Part shown: positions 49,901-51,700 of the stretch, piece by piece | Layout of the letters: each line of letters begins with the position of its first letter | Numbering within the stretch: position 1 is the first letter of the stretch | Source: Candidatus Woesearchaeota archaeon | Lineage (GTDB): Archaea > Nanobdellota > Nanobdellia > Woesearchaeales > JAAOYA01 | Length of the DNA stretch: 51,700 nt | NCBI GenBank assembly: GCA_018221105.1 | Contig: JAAOYA010000002.1 | Coordinates: 1-51,700, forward strand | Direction: 5' to 3' | Notes under the pieces: generated by a model | Seen by the model: only the letters and a program-made list of their open reading frames with translations | Told to the model about the DNA's origin: nothing | The model's database searches: none | Position numbers and translations under genes: made by a program

Positions 49901-51698
49901 TTAGGTGCATTAAGAATACCAATCCTGTCTCTTCACTAGCATCAATTTCGTCAGCGTAGTAACATAAGAGTTTTGCATCTGTATTGTCATTATCGGTATC
50001 AGTTACAGTCGCGTTAATTAATTGATAATTGTTAATTGTTGATGAACCGTTGACTGGATTGTTTAGAGTAATGCTTGGGGATGTAGTTTGTATTGTTATC
50101 TTTCGGTTATTAGTGTCATTTACTGGTACTGAACTATTGCTTTGTGACGCGTTAAATAACACGTCAACCCACCAGGAAGTTCCTATTATGCCTGTAGTGT
50201 TTACAGTCCAGGAAACATTCCAGGATTCGCCAGCACTAACATTTTTTCTTAAAGGATTGATACTAGAATATTTTATTGTGTGATAGTCGCCGCCGCTTAT
50301 TGATCCGTTATTGCCTGTTACTATTATATTATCTTCACTGTCAATAACAACTTTGTACGCGAGTCCTTTTTTCGCGCTTGTTATATTAAATAAGTGATTA
50401 CCTGTACTGTCGTATTTTACTGTATGATAATAATAATCGGGTCCTGTTTGATTATAACCTGTTATTATTATGTTATTCAAACTGTCTACTGCAACGCCTC
50501 CGGCCTGCGAGCCTTTAGTATTTGTTGTGTTCCATTGGTGGTCTCCTGTGCTGTTGTATTTTACTGTGTAATAATCAAATGTAGAAGTATAACCTGTTAT
50601 TATTATGTTATTCTCGTTGTCTACTGTGACGGCGTTTGCTTGATAACCTGTTGTGTCTGTTGCGTTCCATAGGTGTGTTCCGTTTTCATCATATTTTATT
50701 GTGTAGTATTGGTTTGTGTCGTTTCTTCCTGTTATTATTATATTGTTTTCATTGTCCAGTGCAATACCATAAGCAGCGTAGCCTGCTGTGTCTGTTATAT
50801 TCCATTCGTGTTGTCCACTATCATTGTATTTAATAGTATAATATTGGTTTGTGTCACTTTTTCCTGTTATTATTACATTGTTTTGATTGTCTACTACTGC
50901 GCCATACACGTAATTGCCTGTTGTGTCTGTTATGTTCCATTCGTGTTGTCCGCTGCTGTTATATTTGATTGTGTAATAATTGACACTTTGTGTTCCTGCT
51001 ACTATTATATTATCTTGATTGTCAACTGTTATTGCATAAGGTCTCCACCCATCAGTATCGGTTGTGTTCCATTCGTGTTGTCCGCTGTTGTTGTACTTGA
51101 CTGTGTAGTAATCATTGCTACCATCCCAACCAGTTATTATTATATTGTCTGAGCTGTCTAGTGCCACAGCTCGTGAGTAAACTCCTGTAAAGTCTGTAAC
51201 ATTCCATAAGTGAATTGGTGCTTGTAGGTAAAATGGTGTTGAACCGCTTAAAATATTTATGTTTGTGTCTGGGCTGCTTGTACTAATATTATATCTTACA
51301 CTTGCATAAACTGGACCGCACGGCCCGCCAACGCAAGTTGCTGTAGCGTTAATATTGAAAGTATCGCTTTGATTAACTATGATGTTGGTTGTCGGATAGG
51401 TTATGTCAACACTTAACGTGCCATAAATTGATCTGTCAAAATACCATCTAGCACTTTCACTGCTTGTTGTTGCATCACTGACGTTTCCTTTCCAATAATA
51501 CCTTCCAACTTGTAAGTTGTACATAGCAGCAATTTCTGATGCGCTAAGGCTTCTGTTGTAAATAGCAACTTCGTCGATTGAGCCGTTGAAGATTCTAGCA
51601 TAGTCTGGATTTTCTCGAAGACCTATCATTACATTATAATCGTTAGGATTTGCAGGTTCATTACCGCCTGTATCAACACTATTTATGAAAACTCCATC
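37953..51698 (-). CDS. Giant surface protein (>4,580 aa, 5'-truncated): about 11 LamG domains, beta-propeller, beta-helix regions, Ig-like spacers
   Basis: Frame stays open past the listed Met (51629) to the window edge (DGVFINSVDTGG...), starting mid-LamG. Confidence 0.92.
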   Translation of the reverse strand, partial: DGVFINSVDTGGNEPANPNDYNVMIGLRENPDYARIFNGSIDEVAIYNRSLSASEIAAMYNLQVGRYYWKGNVSDATTSSESARWYFDRSIYGTLSVDITYPTTNIIVNQSDTFNINATATCVGGPCGPVYASVRYNISTSSPDTNINILSGSTPFYLQAPIHLWNVTDFTGVYSRAVALDSSDNIIITGWDGSNDYYTVKYNNSGQHEWNTTDTDGWRPYAITVDNQDNIIVAGTQSVNYYTIKYNSSGQHEWNITDTTGNYVYGAVVDNQNNVIITGKSDTNQYYTIKYNDSGQHEWNITDTAGYAAYGIALDNENNIIITGRNDTNQYYTIKYDENGTHLWNATDTTGYQANAVTVDNENNIIITGYTSTFDYYTVKYNSTGDHQWNTTNTKGSQAGGVAVDSLNNIIITGYNQTGPDYYYHTVKYDSTGNHLFNITSAKKGLAYKVVIDSEDNIIVTGNNGSISGGDYHTIKYSSINPLRKNVSAGESWNVSWTVNTTGIIGTSWWVDVLFNASQSNSSVPVNDTNNRKITIQTTSPSITLNNPVNGSSTINNYQLINATVTDTDNDNTDAKLLCYYADEIDASEETGLVFLMHLNNNSALGENDTVFIDQSGQDNNGTCGDSSLTVYPTFCPTLNNYGKFYKSYLFDGENSDDAILIPDDSSISGLSEITVSIWILPTEHPENCYSTTCYNFIVGKSNYSGDREYRIRYEETNPEKKYVWHVSSDGDDPLNNETIISASNVSLNEWHHLVGTWNNNTGELRFYLDGVLKDTDSYAASSIFDGSANLAIGTSSDNNGSSSGTVDDYRGTIDEVAIYNRTLSDIEIKTLYYKGSYKLLYQNENLANGTEINYNLTSMPLSVDKNMVLLMHFDNDSSKGENDTFVYDWTGLESNGTCSGVTCPNITQGRFGKAYNYSSSSSTYFVVKNNSNINLNGNITVATWYYPMSVGSGELDHVVSKWGSYALRLGSSSSAYPGFIFSLWDSSEINAYTGTEPSMNQWYHVVGTYDGSAMKLYVNGVLEDTNTTPDGLTSYDTSNLYLGEYEGGQTTYRANGLIDEVAIWNRSLNASEIAAMYSLQVGRYYWKGNVSDASTSSESSTWYFDVNETPDTTPPSISFVSPTPDNDEVLSVDYAYINVSTSDANNHSAFIDWNKTLVGWYNFEQYNSTGVNDSSTYQNFGSYSGGLSESNITTGIRGNALDCTGQQYLDTGATLIPTENFTVMLWVNIDDHDGWYSFVEQYNGGVGRVIIGNKASSQTGEIYFQIGGIGGNSNTQIPTNQWTHITITKNSTTATFYQNGIFDGTASSYTETITQAVNTYICAETQTLEGSLDEVMIFDRVLTPEEINASYNAGDWRLYNNFTSLADGNYSFKAWAIDAAGNINSTETRNITVEPSIVYNTCSPQTTQDLTINTVVNCANQQIVAQDLTVQNGGFFNLTNITLTAQNTVIDNSGSFAIKDSHNTIWQNGNLTINGYYNLTNSTLQMNGTSDGQVGVTVNGSGEMIINESSNITNGVNTTAEYFFIVKDSSSFTMENSYLSEAGWAVSPDSAGLEIRTTVKSFKNNFISDNSIALHVTSDNNVFRNITLTDSQSRGLYTEGTTNNSFYDFNISGAGLMGIQLSEFSNNPDNMLLENFVIESISADGVYVGHLNNVTFQNITIVSPTSEGFVVTNPIDNISFYNVTISNSGSDAIAIRANAIIDSVFNTITINDCSGAGIIIDNSEGAIAQNNNFTNMTIKNCNYGIVYDGSAITNNYVFNSKFEDNTVGGVRINQSTSNTFYNNYINNTNNLILNNESNVNYFNTSLTASTNIIGGSWIGGNFWANSTSNAYSQTCNDIDGNGICDDTYTPATNNTDYLPLTDNTQITCENCGDCSNVIQNQSGTGKTIYLSENIFGESGTCIDFNGSDDVTFDCDGYTIDGDKTVGSWGIFSENVNGGADNIIIQNCPNITQFYDGGIRLQYSQNVTIKNVIFSDSYNIFRYGFRFDSSQNISLYNISIYDAGTALYPVYSENINGNSLNFSGNSRALTFSASSDDHCNHTFTNSYAGTNQALVYYHNTQGLTIENNNSIGQLILCDVDDSSVSNITMDNQDGIHIFRSTNVTVNKVNVSGIGYSGLLFYSIQNSVIENSTFTNSNYFGVELSTSENNKVKNVFINNTSNTGLITSSNNKHNEFDNLTITSSNTYGIAIGTNSNNNNNTFKNSRIEDNTIAGVRIYGQSYNNTFYNNIFNNTINYLNFHNTTNYLNTTLTVGTNILGGSYLGGNFWTNPTNTGWSDNCSDASGDGICEAQYNASINNTDFLPLTLNGDLIYPSISFVSPTPDNDEALSVDYAYVNVSASDASNFSAFIDWNRSLVGWWNFEQYNTTGINDSSTYNNFASYDSGISQSNITTGKRGNALEFDNINDCLQVADDDSLDLEEDFTMAGWIYADTIDGADRLISRGNVVKDEGSWTFGFGTTWSGCNPSGCLDFAMNNSAYGFQEFTSGALGLQTDTWYHIAAIRKDDSVQLYLDGVAVGSPYAVNGNLTSDEPVWIGCRDNSASTIEHMDGLHDEVILIDRALTIEELNATINAGSWRAYNNFTNLTSGAYSFKAWSIDAAGNINSTETRNITVDTSPPGISFVSPTPNNNTVINEDYTYINVTTSDTSNYSAFIDWNKTLKGWYSFEYYNSTGINDSSTYNNFGTFNGTLSQSDITTGIRGNALEFDGNDYIESRDIYMIDDNADNYSYSLWFKKVGTNTGYLLCYTHDEDPSEPYSCIRWTTTNTLSFWVRNNDQDNIVTVSATGVSTDEWHHVVATKNGSEYKLYLDGVLNNTVTLAPSGTYTRNWFLLGSAPSGDTPANFYTGLIDEAMVFSRVLTPQEINASYNAGDWRLYNNFTSLSEGNYTYKAWAIDAGGNINSTEERIVTVDQTPPSLNIQIPVNDSTYRIVSIDLNYTVSDIYLDTCWYVNSTGQTTNLASCQNTTLNTVQGLQNITVYVNDTAGNTNSSQIFFTVDTQEPSISFVSPTPDNNTVINEDYTYINVTTSDASNYSAFIDWNKTLRAWYSFEYYNSTGVNDSSTYQNFASYAGGLSQSNIITGIRGNAIDCTGQQYLDTGATLIPTENFTVMLWVNMDNHGGWYSFIEQYLVSDDERVIIGNKGSGSTGEIYFQIGDEGGNSNTQIPIGQWAHVTITKNSTTAIFYLNGAFDGTATYSNNTIQTQNTMIGAAEQTLQGSLDEVMIFSRVLTPQEINASYNAGDWRLYNNFTSLSEGNYTYKAWAIDAGGNINSTEERIVTVDQTTPSISFNTPTPDNDETLTVDYAYINVTTSDANNHSAFIDWNRSLVGWWNFEQYNTTGVNDSSTYNNFGSYSGGLSQNNITTGIRGSALEFDDTSSQRITIDYNESLAPTNAITMAAWVYPHPSQVAYATMLGKNQDYALFTRNSNEYGFQVISSGGATWGYSTDTYIDNTWAYVVATYNTTDYKFYINGVEKTITWGAGPFTGNIVTDTDDLHIGWWGPNAGSARYFDGLIDEVMLFSRALTAQEINASYNARDWRAYNNFTSLVDGDYSFKSWAIDAVGNINSTETRNITVDTSPPSISFVSPTPDNNTQVNNSYAYVNVSTSDFSNHSAFIDWNRSLVGWWNFEQYNTTGVNDSSTYNNFASFSVITESNITAGVRGNAIEFDGVDNNEKIQVGTTDAPAALKFTGDFTVCSWIKTTADPGYNARIIGRDDAGANRAWWIDQRATTNYPRLVINGANAVEGTTAVNDGKWNQICAVNDEDGDAYIYINGNLDATGVSGGDTVDTLTVPLLIGLRGDNNQDFEGLIDEVMIFTRLLTPEEINASYNAGDWRLYNNFTSLAETNYTYKAWAIDAGGNINSTEERIVTVDQTTPSLNIQIPVNDSTYRIASIDLNYTVSDIYLDTCWYVNSTGQTTNLASCQNTTLNTVQGLQNITVYVNDTAGNTNSSQIFFTVDTQEPSIGFVSPTPDNDEVLSVDYAYVNVSASDASNFSAFIDWNNTLVGWWNFESTSATGVYDNSTYSNFGDFGGGISESNITSGIRGNAAKFDGSDDYINISDDSSLSLADNFTITAWIKTPADTGWRAIIEKDNKLAGDRNYWLGLSGGGGSYGTEGALIFLADDGIDTEGLKVYSSATLDDNQWHHVVGIASGSNSYIYIDGVQVGTDTHDQGVDTNSYDVHIGGYNDGTYAFGGLIDEVMIFNRVFTPQEINASFNAGDWRLYNNFTGLLETNYTYKAWAIDAGGNINSTEERTISYVAQSTTCEGSGGEWNGTVCCGDNGGVGNDTDCYFDIGLRVYNGSETQTLAVHGNFSNLENSSLRIAKNDTIYSIALVNTADSAASDIRIRTTVLQEIATDSNTVLLFHLNNDSAYGEGPTLFYDFSDGLDNGSCSGGTCPTVTSQGRVDKAVLYDGDDDDIMVSNTGSKFTFEDTNFSAGAWVNPRNFDSGGTYFLSRWVWLVGFNSTGHPMCGIYGSPWWIIYYDTPVELNNWTHVMCTYHLDNATRRMIMFIDGQEVDSMILPGTSQDTRPQDLGVGCGMESGSCAADRRFNGTMDEVVIYNQSLSSAQVQNLYNNNIMAIKKI
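39790..40160. repeat. Intragenic direct repeat, copy A (copy B at 42670..43040)
   Basis: ~370 nt at offset 2880 with about 8 mismatches by eye; encodes an Ig-like spacer. Confidence 0.92.
42670..43040. repeat. Intragenic direct repeat, copy B
   Basis: Near-identical to 39790..40160. Confidence 0.92.
44780..47480 (-). other. Parallel beta-helix (NosD/PbH1-like) region of the giant protein
   Basis: Repeating Asn/Ile-ladder units; two NTFYNN...GGNFW(A/T)N...C.D..G.GIC...D(Y/F)LPLT caps. Confidence 0.8.
50270..51215 (-). repeat. Seven ~44-45-aa repeats, SBBP-like beta-propeller
   Basis: xxDxxxNIIITG...YYT(V/I)KYxxxGxHxWNxTD; DNA period ~132-135 nt. Confidence 0.88.
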
Positions 51699-51700
51699 AA

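Noticed and set aside
50270..51215. CRISPR-like periodic repeats
   Set aside because: Degenerate 132-135-nt in-frame repeats encoding propeller blades
38019..51601. Many short ORFs on the + strand or in alternate frames
   Set aside because: Shadows of the giant coding sequence with no independent motifs
51627..51629. Listed Met as the true start of the giant protein
   Set aside because: Frame is open to the window edge, begins mid-LamG and has no signal peptide
37953..51698. Diversity-generating retroelement acting on the giant gene
   Set aside because: No reverse transcriptase in the window; repeat copies are all in-frame coding and differences are not confined to adenines of one copy

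Overview
AT-rich archaeal chromosomal segment. Gene content and style (short RadB, Topo VI, exosome-type DnaG, a BHB-intron tRNA, mostly leaderless TATA promoters, ITG-motif exported proteins, giant sequon-rich surface proteins) suggest a DPANN archaeon, probably Woesearchaeota-like; this is inference. 1-22.7 kb is mainly housekeeping (rps2, radB, a glycosylation cluster, mbf1, yjbQ, tRNA-Cys, tRNA-Arg, top6AB, dim2, rio1, dnaG, adenylate kinase, ABC exporter, trmI, amino-acid permease, ABCE1). It also holds an unexplained ~390-nt four-domain structured leader upstream of dnaG. 22.8-51.7 kb is the standout: a MoxR/DUF58/vWA operon converging on seven co-oriented exported-protein genes whose internal homologies suggest an undescribed surface-filament system. 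Candidate parts are a separately promoted major subunit, a LamG adhesin ending in a copy of the subunit domain, a membrane anchor starting with a copy of the subunit's N-terminal strand, two DUF916-like anchored Ig proteins, a cadherin-like protein and a >4,580-aa mosaic adhesin cut by the window edge. All calls are by-eye motif recognition; no searches or folding were run.
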